From the IMG/VR virus record IMGVR_UViG_3300043399_001190: a stretch of 51,337 nt of DNA; one strand, given 5' to 3'. The position numbers and the translations under genes are program-made. Shown piece after piece: positions 17,906 through 24,381 of the stretch. How positions within the stretch are numbered: the stretch's first letter is position 1; the number at the start of each line of letters is the position of its first letter. The notes below the pieces were generated by a model. The model ran no database searches. It had not been told where the DNA came from and was given only the letters and a program-made list of their open reading frames with translations. This DNA is from a virus (taxonomy: Duplodnaviria > Heunggongvirae > Uroviricota > Caudoviricetes).

Positions 17906-18312
17906 TGTTTTACCTTTGCACAGTAGAATCAAAAGATTTAGTAACAGTTTTCGGTAACAGAGGATTGCCAGGTGAAGAAGTGATTCCACCGAAATATGAA
18001 AATCTAAATGTCATTATGATTGGCCAAAGGCCAGATTGTTCTGGTTATCTTTTGTTATCTGATACTGTTGTGAGAGAGTTTAAGAAACAAACTTCTGTTC
18101 CTGAAGGTTACGATTTTATCTTCCGTCAAGAATGGGGCCTAAGAATTACCGAAGAAAGTATTCACCGAGTAATTGACACTTTGCGTAAGGAAGCTTATCC
18201 TCCGATGGCCGATTATCTTGATGCCAAAGTCAAAGGTGATTTGGAACAAGAACAAGCTTATCTGGATGCTTGTTTAGCAGTCAAAGCAAAATATCCAAAA
18301 TTTTCTTGGTAA
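17905..18312 (+). CDS. putative tail-fibre assembly/chaperone-like protein
   Basis: C-terminal R-x2-AYP-x2-DYLDA-x-VKGD...ACLAVKAKYPK motif of a kind seen next to phage fibre genes. Confidence 0.55.
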   Translation: MFYLCTVESKDLVTVFGNRGLPGEEVIPPKYENLNVIMIGQRPDCSGYLLLSDTVVREFKKQTSVPEGYDFIFRQEWGLRITEESIHRVIDTLRKEAYPPMADYLDAKVKGDLEQEQAYLDACLAVKAKYPKFSW

Positions 18313-18328
18313 TTTATCAGAAAAACAC

Positions 18329-18364
18329 TTGCCACCTAAATAATAAAACACTATAATAGTGTTT
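18329..18364 (+). promoter_or_regulatory. composite promoter of the original tmRNA locus
   Basis: TTGCCA(18329)-17-TATAAT(18352); embedded TAAATA(18337); AAACACTA/TAGTGTTT palindrome around the -10. Confidence 0.75.
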
Positions 18365-18412
18365 ATGGTTGTACGAAGCAACTAGAAAAATGTTCTGGAC
18401 GCGGGTTCGATT
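18364..18412 (+). pseudogene. ssrA: truncated tmRNA acceptor-piece copy broken at the T-loop
   Basis: GGTTGTACGAAG...GTTCTGGACGCGGGTTCGATT aligns with GCTGTATGAAG...GTCTTGGACGGGAGTTCGATT at 19541-19585 but lacks the 3' T-stem, acceptor strand and CCA. Confidence 0.8.
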
Positions 18413-18911
18413 AAGCCTGTTTTACCATGAAACCACCATGTGTCTTATTACCTCGTAATGACGCATTGGCAAAGGCATTAGCATTGTATCCGCGATCCAT
18501 ACACCACTGACGCAACCCTTCTACTCGCTCAACGGTTCCGTCTGGATGAGTAACATCATAAACCTTCCCAGTCCAAGTTTTACCCCTTGCTTGTCTCGCA
18601 CTCTTGTATTTCTGGTGTAGTTCGGCGGCTCTTTCAGCACCGAAGATTTCTTCCCATTTCTTGCCCTTACGCTGTCTGATGTTTGTTTGTCCACCTTTTC
18701 TACTACCAGCCATGATTGCTTCCTTAGCGGCATCAAAGTTAGCATCAAGTTGGGCAAGTCCTTGCCAAGCAACATAATCCTGCCAATGCCCATGTTGTTC
18801 ATACAATAAACGATGTGCTTCGGCATGTTCGCCCGGTGTTAGTTCGATGAGGTTGCTTGGATCGTCTGAACCGCCCATGTGTTTTGGGATAATATGATGT
18901 TTGTGTCTCAT
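18411..18911 (-). CDS. HNH homing endonuclease (NUMOD-like C-terminus)
   Basis: MRHKHHIIPKHMGGSDDPSNLIELT..EHAEAHRLL (Mob-type HNH), KGKKWEEIFG repeat-like motif; TAAATA 5 nt upstream of the ATG. Confidence 0.9.
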   Translation of the reverse strand: MRHKHHIIPKHMGGSDDPSNLIELTPGEHAEAHRLLYEQHGHWQDYVAWQGLAQLDANFDAAKEAIMAGSRKGGQTNIRQRKGKKWEEIFGAERAAELHQKYKSARQARGKTWTGKVYDVTHPDGTVERVEGLRQWCMDRGYNANAFANASLRGNKTHGGFMVKQA

Positions 18912-18922
18912 ACTATTATTTA

Positions 18923-18972
18923 GTCGAAACCATAGAAAAACGCTTGACAAAGGTTTCGACAAGTGTTATACT
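18923..18972 (+). promoter_or_regulatory. early promoter within an inverted repeat
   Basis: GTCGAAACC/GGTTTCGAC arms; TTGACA(18944)-17-TATACT(18967). Confidence 0.8.
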
Positions 18973-18995
18973 CTGTTAAATTCTGGAGTTAATAA

Positions 18996-19307
18996 ATGAT
19001 TGACTATTATGAAGCCTTGAGAGAAATGCACCGTGGCAATGTTGTAAAGTATGTGGGCACAGTGAATGGCAATGTAATGAGTGACAATGGTGCCAGTTTC
19101 TGTATGTGTCGCGGGTGTATATTTCTCTTTGACCGCGGAGAAATCAAATGGAACAAGTTAGGCTACATGGTCTATGACCCAGACTTTCGTTACGAACTAA
19201 CTGGCGAAACAGTTGACCCGAGGGCATGGAAGCCAGAGAAGAACAGAGACCGTAAAGAGATTAAATCAAAGTTGGGTTATAGTCGTGTAGGATTGGGGAA
19301 TGTATGA
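18996..19307 (+). CDS. hypothetical protein, paralog of 8850-9158
   Basis: GGAG RBS; end-to-end similarity. Confidence 0.85.
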   Translation: MIDYYEALREMHRGNVVKYVGTVNGNVMSDNGASFCMCRGCIFLFDRGEIKWNKLGYMVYDPDFRYELTGETVDPRAWKPEKNRDRKEIKSKLGYSRVGLGNV

Positions 19308-19528
19308 ACGAACGAATTAAAGAACTTGCGAGAGAGGCTGGTCTTCTGGTATATAATCCTGAAGGTGCCCCAACTAAGTTAGAAAAGTTCGCCGAGTTGA
19401 TTGTTAGAGAATGTATCGGTTGTTGTGAGCAAGTGATTAGCGATCCTGTTCCCGAATCGGTAGATACTTGGTTGAATGGTGGTGAACAATGTATCCAAGA
19501 AATTAAACAACACTTTGGAGTAGAATAA
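19304..19528 (+). CDS. MNER-family hypothetical protein
   Basis: MNERIKELA...KFAELIVREC...IKQHFGVE. Confidence 0.85.
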   Translation: MNERIKELAREAGLLVYNPEGAPTKLEKFAELIVRECIGCCEQVISDPVPESVDTWLNGGEQCIQEIKQHFGVE

Positions 19529-19536
19529 ATAAGAGT

Positions 19537-19863
19537 TATTGCTGTATGAAGTGAAGTGAAACAGGTCTTGGACGGGAGTTCGATTCTCCCCACCTCCACC
19601 AAAAGAACACACATCGCTACTCACCTGAAATAGTGCGATGGTACAGATGATAGTGGTGAAGTAATATCTGCTTATGTGTGCTTTTGATGGGGGTGACTGG
19701 TTTCGACAGGGCAAAGAGTAACAGAGTGGACAGCACGGTAGGCGATGACCGTAAATCAAGCAAATCAAGTAAACGCAGCTAATGATAGCCGCTTCGCTCT
19801 TGCCGCTTAAACGGTAATCGAATGGGGATTTGTAGATTGTTCCTTATTAACCAAACAATCTAC
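19537..19863 (+). ncRNA. ssrA: circularly permuted (two-piece) tmRNA: acceptor piece ~19537-19601, intervening sequence 19602-19688, coding piece 19689-~19863
   Basis: T-arm GGGAG-TTCGATT-CTCCC followed by CACCTCC-A-CCA; downstream GGGGGTG-ACTGGTTTCGAC forms a 7-bp acceptor stem with G3.U70; tag frame 19775-19810 AANDSRFALAA*; terminal hairpin GTAGATTGTT/AACAATCTAC; TAAATA at 19526. Outer ends approximate. Confidence 0.93.
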
Positions 19864-19883
19864 CATTTCAAGAAAGGAAAAAT

Positions 19884-20441
19884 ATGCGAAGTAAACCAAT
19901 ACTTTTCAGCATAGTTTTTTCCGCAGCAGTGATATCTTTGGGTATGATTAATGTTGATCTACATGGTTTGTTACCCTTCAAAACATCTTATAACAATCTT
20001 TCAAAAGATGTGCAAAAACAAGTCACATGCCTTGCGGAAAATATTTACTTTGAGGCCGCACATGAGCCACTTTCTGGAAAAAAAGCAGTAGCGTTTGTAA
20101 CATTGAACCGTCTGCAATCTGGAAACTATGCTAATACAATTTGTGATGTGGTCTTTCAAAAGACCAACGGTGTTTGCCAATTCTCTTGGTATTGCGATTC
20201 AAATATACTGAAGAAGAGGTTGACAATACGTGACACTATGCTTTATAATGAGATTCGTGAGTTGGCAACAAACATAGTTGTAAACTTCGAACGCATGAAG
20301 GATGTTACCGATGGTGCAACCTACTATCATGCGGATTATGTGAATCCTGGTTGGAAACTAAAGAAAATTGACCAAATTGGTCGACATATTTTCTATAGAA
20401 GCCATAAGGATAATATTGACAGAAACAAGGAAATTATATGA
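19884..20441 (+). CDS. SleB-like cell wall hydrolase (Hydrolase_2)
   Basis: CLAENIYFEA, AVAFVTLNR, ICDVVFQ, CQFSWYC, GATYYHADYVNPGW, IGRHIFY; N-terminal hydrophobic anchor. Confidence 0.92.
   Translation: MRSKPILFSIVFSAAVISLGMINVDLHGLLPFKTSYNNLSKDVQKQVTCLAENIYFEAAHEPLSGKKAVAFVTLNRLQSGNYANTICDVVFQKTNGVCQFSWYCDSNILKKRLTIRDTMLYNEIRELATNIVVNFERMKDVTDGATYYHADYVNPGWKLKKIDQIGRHIFYRSHKDNIDRNKEII
20220..20249 (+). promoter_or_regulatory. intragenic sigma70-type promoter
   Basis: TTGACA-18-TATAAT within the hydrolase gene, upstream of genes 33/59. Confidence 0.6.
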
Positions 20442-20671
20442 GTGAAGCTAAAAACCAAAATACTTTGATTACAATTATACTTTGTACCACTATTGTAATT
20501 GGTTCAACCGTTATTGGTGCATTTCTGTACAACATCAATGATCGTAATAACATGGCAAAAAACATCGAGGCAGCTATTCAAAAAGGTGTTGATCCACTTT
20601 CTGTCAAGTGTTCTTACGAAATGAGCCCAACTTCTACCTGCATTGCATACGCAATGGCGACCAAAAAATAA
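20438..20671 (+). CDS. small membrane-anchored protein
   Basis: N-terminal TM helix; GVDPLSVKC. Confidence 0.75.
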   Translation: MSEAKNQNTLITIILCTTIVIGSTVIGAFLYNINDRNNMAKNIEAAIQKGVDPLSVKCSYEMSPTSTCIAYAMATKK

Positions 20672-20895
20672 TGCCTACGAAAGATGAAATGAGAGATTTC
20701 AGTGCCATCATTGAAAAGTTGGCACTAGAAAAAGCAATAAGTCTAATGGACGCGGTGGTACTACACTGCGAACAAATTGGTTTTGAAGTTGAATTGGCTG
20801 CTTCCCTTTTAACACCACCAATCAAAGCTAAAATTGGTGAAGAGGCGCAAGCACTAAACTTAATGAAAAAGAAAGTAAATAAATTGCCACTATGA
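20671..20895 (+). CDS. 33: late transcription coactivator gp33-like
   Basis: FSAIIEKL...MDAVVLHCE...E.AASLL...IKAKI.EEA..LNLM; synteny 33-59-32. Confidence 0.8.
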   Translation: MPTKDEMRDFSAIIEKLALEKAISLMDAVVLHCEQIGFEVELAASLLTPPIKAKIGEEAQALNLMKKKVNKLPL

Positions 20896-21497
20896 ACGAA
20901 GCCGGTGGATTTGAAGCCTATGCAATGTACCATGGATTAAAGTTACATTTCTCAGGCAACTATGATTATGTGAAATATAACGGCAAAACAAATGTGACCA
21001 AAGAGCAATTCATGCTTCGAAAGGATAAATTTTCTTATTATAAATTATCCAGAAAATACAAGCGTGAAGAATTGTTTGGTTTCTATGTGGCAAACTTTCT
21101 TAAAAATCCTAAAATTTGGGTCGGCGATCTTCTAATGGAAGATGCTGAATCAGAATACAAACTGTGGCTTCGTGTTCAACAATCACTGTCTTATATCTTT
21201 GAACAAAATTTGGATTACCTATTCGACCAGGTAAATGCTCCAGATGAATTGTTAAAAGTTATTGACGGGCAATATCCGTTGTTGTATAATTATCTAACAC
21301 AGGATAAAATCTATCTTGAAACGGTAGTAATACTTGACGATATTATGAATTTTATTCCTATGTGGAGTAAAAAAGTTGATGATGATATCATTTTCCCCGA
21401 CTTCATAAAAAAATGCCAAAAGTATAAACCATTTTTAAATTATGATAAAGTGAAAATGAAAAAAATATTGAAAGAGAAATTATGTCAGTTAGCGTGA
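20892..21497 (+). CDS. 59: helicase loader gp59
   Basis: Y..LKLHFS.NYDYVKYNGK, RKDKF.Y.KLSRKY, LETVVILD, KYKPFL. Confidence 0.9.
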   Translation: MNEAGGFEAYAMYHGLKLHFSGNYDYVKYNGKTNVTKEQFMLRKDKFSYYKLSRKYKREELFGFYVANFLKNPKIWVGDLLMEDAESEYKLWLRVQQSLSYIFEQNLDYLFDQVNAPDELLKVIDGQYPLLYNYLTQDKIYLETVVILDDIMNFIPMWSKKVDDDIIFPDFIKKCQKYKPFLNYDKVKMKKILKEKLCQLA

Positions 21498-21964
21498 TTT
21501 ATGTGGACATGGATGGCGTGCTTGCCGATTTTGAAAAAGCATACAAGCAGAAATTTTCAATTTCACCGAAAGAAACCCGAGACAACAAAAGTTTTGGTGG
21601 CTATTTCGATAAATTTATTTCTGACCAAGAGTTTGCAAAACTTGACATGATGTCAGATACACCACTCTTGCTTGCTTTTCTTGATACACTTTCTATTCCG
21701 AAAGAAATTTTATCCTCAACTGCAAGCGAAAAATCACATGCAGCCATTCTTCCGCAAAAACAATTGTGGTTGAAAAAACATAACATTCACTACAAAGAAA
21801 ATTTTGTGCCAGGTAAAAAGCACAAATATAAATTTGCCACACCGAATTCAATCATTATCGACGATACAAAAAGTGTTATCGATGATTGGAACAAAGCAGG
21901 TGGTATTGGTATTCTTCACACAGATGCCATCTCTACCATCGCTATGCTTAAGATGTATGTTTGA
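21482..21964 (+). CDS. HAD-family 5'(3')-deoxyribonucleotidase-like protein
   Basis: IYVDMDGVLADF, ILSS, IIIDD...W.KAGGIGILH. Confidence 0.85.
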   Translation: MSVSVIYVDMDGVLADFEKAYKQKFSISPKETRDNKSFGGYFDKFISDQEFAKLDMMSDTPLLLAFLDTLSIPKEILSSTASEKSHAAILPQKQLWLKKHNIHYKENFVPGKKHKYKFATPNSIIIDDTKSVIDDWNKAGGIGILHTDAISTIAMLKMYV

Positions 21965-21989
21965 CTTCGCCTATATAATAGTATATAAT
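21961..21989 (+). promoter_or_regulatory. gene 32 promoter
   Basis: TTGACT-17-TATAAT. Confidence 0.75.
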
Positions 21990-22047
21990 GCTTTATGTGG
22001 ACAAGACGATATACATTTAATACAACGTTTATACAAGGAAAAATACT

Positions 22048-22929
22048 ATGAGTTCATTCGCTAATCTCAAAAAACAATCTGGTAATCTCGACAAACTAGC
22101 CAAAGCTATCGAACAGCTTAACTCGGCAGAATCTCCCTCCAAAGAAGACAATTTCTGGAAACCAGAAGTAGACAAAGCAGGCAACGGCTATGCAGTCATT
22201 CGTTTTCTTCCTGCACCTGGTGTAGATGGTGATGATGGTCTACCATGGGTCAAAATCTTCAACCATGGCTTTCAGGGTCCAGGTGGTTGGTACATCGAAA
22301 ATTCTCTAACGACTCTTGGTCAGAAAGATCCTGTTTCTGAGTACAACTCTCAGTTGTGGAATTCTGGAATTGATGCTAACAAAGAAGTTGCACGTAAACA
22401 GAAACGTCGTCTTTCTTATATTGCCAACATTTACGTTGTTGAAGATCCGAAAAATCCTGAAAACGAAGGCAAGGTTTTCTTGTACAAGTTCGGTAAGAAA
22501 ATCTTCGACAAGATCAATGAAGCAATGAATCCTCAATTTGAGGATGAGAAAGCAGTTAACCCATTTGACCTATGGGCTGGCGCTAACTTCAAATTGAAGA
22601 TTCGTAAAGTTGAGGGCTATCAGAACTATGATAAGTCTGAGTTTGAATCGCCTTCTGTTCTTGGTGGTTTTGATGACGACAAACTTGAACAAATTTGGAA
22701 GAAAGAATATTCTCTGAAAGAATTCTTGCTGCCAGAAAACTTCAAGTCATACGATGAATTGAAAGCTCGCCTTGACAAAGTTCTTGGTGTTGATGGTTCT
22801 GCACCTGTACCACGTACAACTGTTGAACAAGCTAAGGCTGCTCCTGCTGCACGTAAAGCAACAATGCCAGAAACGACAGATGATGACGATGATTTGGCTT
22901 ACTTCTCTAAACTAGCAGAAGAAGAATAA
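22048..22929 (+). CDS. 32: single-stranded DNA-binding protein gp32
   Basis: DKAGNGYAVIRFLP, HGFQGPGGWYIENSLTT, GKKIFDKI, NYDKSEF, acidic tail. Confidence 0.97.
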   Translation: MSSFANLKKQSGNLDKLAKAIEQLNSAESPSKEDNFWKPEVDKAGNGYAVIRFLPAPGVDGDDGLPWVKIFNHGFQGPGGWYIENSLTTLGQKDPVSEYNSQLWNSGIDANKEVARKQKRRLSYIANIYVVEDPKNPENEGKVFLYKFGKKIFDKINEAMNPQFEDEKAVNPFDLWAGANFKLKIRKVEGYQNYDKSEFESPSVLGGFDDDKLEQIWKKEYSLKEFLLPENFKSYDELKARLDKVLGVDGSAPVPRTTVEQAKAAPAARKATMPETTDDDDDLAYFSKLAEEE

Positions 22930-22931
22930 AG

Positions 22932-22957
22932 AAAAAGGACCGAAAGGTCCTTTTTTT
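22932..22957. terminator. bidirectional intrinsic terminator
   Basis: AAAAAGGACC-GAAA-GGTCCTTTTTTT between convergent genes. Confidence 0.92.
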
Positions 22958-24380
22958 ATACCATCGCGGTTGATTGACTGAACACTCTTTCTAATATAGC
23001 AACTTTGTCACGAACGGTTGCAGTTGCTGGTATAGATTCTTCCGTTGATGTGTTATTAACATTGTTCGAAACAATTGGTGCCATTGGTGTGCTTGATGTA
23101 GCTGTTGCCATCATATTCAAATTGTTGTTTTCTTCACTGGCACCATAAACAGATGAACTCATCGGAGTTGAAGGTACTGAAGAAATGGGTGTTTGAATCT
23201 CAGTAGATGTTGGTGCGGTTTCAGTTTTATTTTGTGGAGTTGTTGTTCTGCTCGGTGTTTCGGATGTTCCTTCCACTTGACCAGCCTCTCCAACATTCAA
23301 TTTACTTTGAGAATTCACTGGTTTAGCCGAAGGCTTCAATTTATTATAAACTTGTGGATTGATATCCTTTAATACTTCCGGTACAACCAATGGTTTTGTG
23401 TCATCATAAAGTTGTTCAACTTCATTTTGTGGTACACCCAATTTAGTTAAATACTCTCTTTGTCCTATACCGAAATACTTAGTTTTGAATGGTGCATCTT
23501 TCAACAAAGCTCTACGAACTTCAAATTTTTTATTCAATTCTTCAGGAGAGACATTTTCTTGTTGTTGTTTGTCTATAGCTGAACCCAAAGCATTCGGATC
23601 GACCGCACCTAAAATTTGTTTTGTTGTTTGTTCGGGATTTTTATCACTAGCCAACAAATAGAAAAGAGCACCGGCCGACGCTGCTGCCAAAAAGGCTTGG
23701 CTTGTCAATAATGTTAGTAGATTTGATCCTATTAATTTAAATAATCCTGATTTTCTTAAATCATTAAGCCAAGAAAACATATTTTGAATAGTATCAATAG
23801 TATTTTTTACCGACTCGGCTATCATACTTTTTACCATGTCTAGAAATTGTAAAAGTCCTCCCCCTTCTTTTTCTGGTTTTATAGCAATGGCTGTACCACC
23901 ACTCGTATAATCTTTCAGAACTTTTATAAATTCATTATGTCTTCTTTGGTCTTCGTTGGCTTTTTCTTCTTGGAATGATCTTTCAGTTTCTCTCAATTGT
24001 AGGTCGCGTTCATAGTTCTTTTTAATCAAATTAAAAATTTCACTTAGTGAACCAGAAGAATCTCCGGGAAGTTGACCAAGCGATTTCGTTTTCTTTATTT
24101 CTGTGGCAGTTTTTCTACCGCCAGAAAAATAGTTTATATCCGATTGTTTTCGTCCAGTTAAGCGCCCAAGAATGGCTGGAGCTAAATTACTACCTCCAGT
24201 CAAGAACTTTGCAATGTTAAGTGGATCAAATTTTTCTTTGATGCCGAGGCCTTTAGCTCTCATCTTTTCGGAAACAGAGCTTCGAATAGCAGATGTTACA
24301 CCACCACCGGCTCGTATTTTTTGAGTAATTAGAGAAGATAGTGTTCTACCTCTGATAGATTTTGCTGTGCTGTATTCCAT
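22956..24380 (-). CDS. tape-measure-like/tail-associated helical protein
   Basis: Position after gp26/gp51; helical with a hydrophobic segment and a Ser/Thr/Pro/Asn-rich C-terminus. Confidence 0.55.
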   Translation of the reverse strand: MEYSTAKSIRGRTLSSLITQKIRAGGGVTSAIRSSVSEKMRAKGLGIKEKFDPLNIAKFLTGGSNLAPAILGRLTGRKQSDINYFSGGRKTATEIKKTKSLGQLPGDSSGSLSEIFNLIKKNYERDLQLRETERSFQEEKANEDQRRHNEFIKVLKDYTSGGTAIAIKPEKEGGGLLQFLDMVKSMIAESVKNTIDTIQNMFSWLNDLRKSGLFKLIGSNLLTLLTSQAFLAAASAGALFYLLASDKNPEQTTKQILGAVDPNALGSAIDKQQQENVSPEELNKKFEVRRALLKDAPFKTKYFGIGQREYLTKLGVPQNEVEQLYDDTKPLVVPEVLKDINPQVYNKLKPSAKPVNSQSKLNVGEAGQVEGTSETPSRTTTPQNKTETAPTSTEIQTPISSVPSTPMSSSVYGASEENNNLNMMATATSSTPMAPIVSNNVNNTSTEESIPATATVRDKVAILERVFSQSTAMV

Positions 24381-24381
24381 T

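Larger units (their letters stand above)
18411..19601. mobile_element. HNH cassette (HNH + promoter + two cargo genes + replacement tmRNA acceptor piece)
   Basis: Left junction at the T-loop of the broken tmRNA copy; carries paralogs of genes at 8850 and 9944; right boundary uncertain. Confidence 0.6.

Noticed and set aside
18411-19585. Group I intron in the tmRNA T-loop
   Set aside because: Splicing would join GCGGG to CTCCC, giving a mismatched T-stem. The insert contains promoters, ORFs on both strands and a complete second acceptor piece, and no intron core was recognisable.
19560-19601. Stand-alone tRNA gene
   Set aside because: No D-arm or anticodon arm upstream; the pairing 5' strand lies downstream, as in permuted tmRNA.
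19602-19688. Hammerhead ribozyme in the tmRNA IVS
   Set aside because: A three-way junction is present, but the CUGANGA and GAAA core is not correctly placed.
19261-19768. Minus-strand ORFs 19261-19614 and 19379-19768
   Set aside because: Antisense shadows of tmRNA and the MNER gene (VEVGRIEL is the typical reverse-complement of a T-arm).
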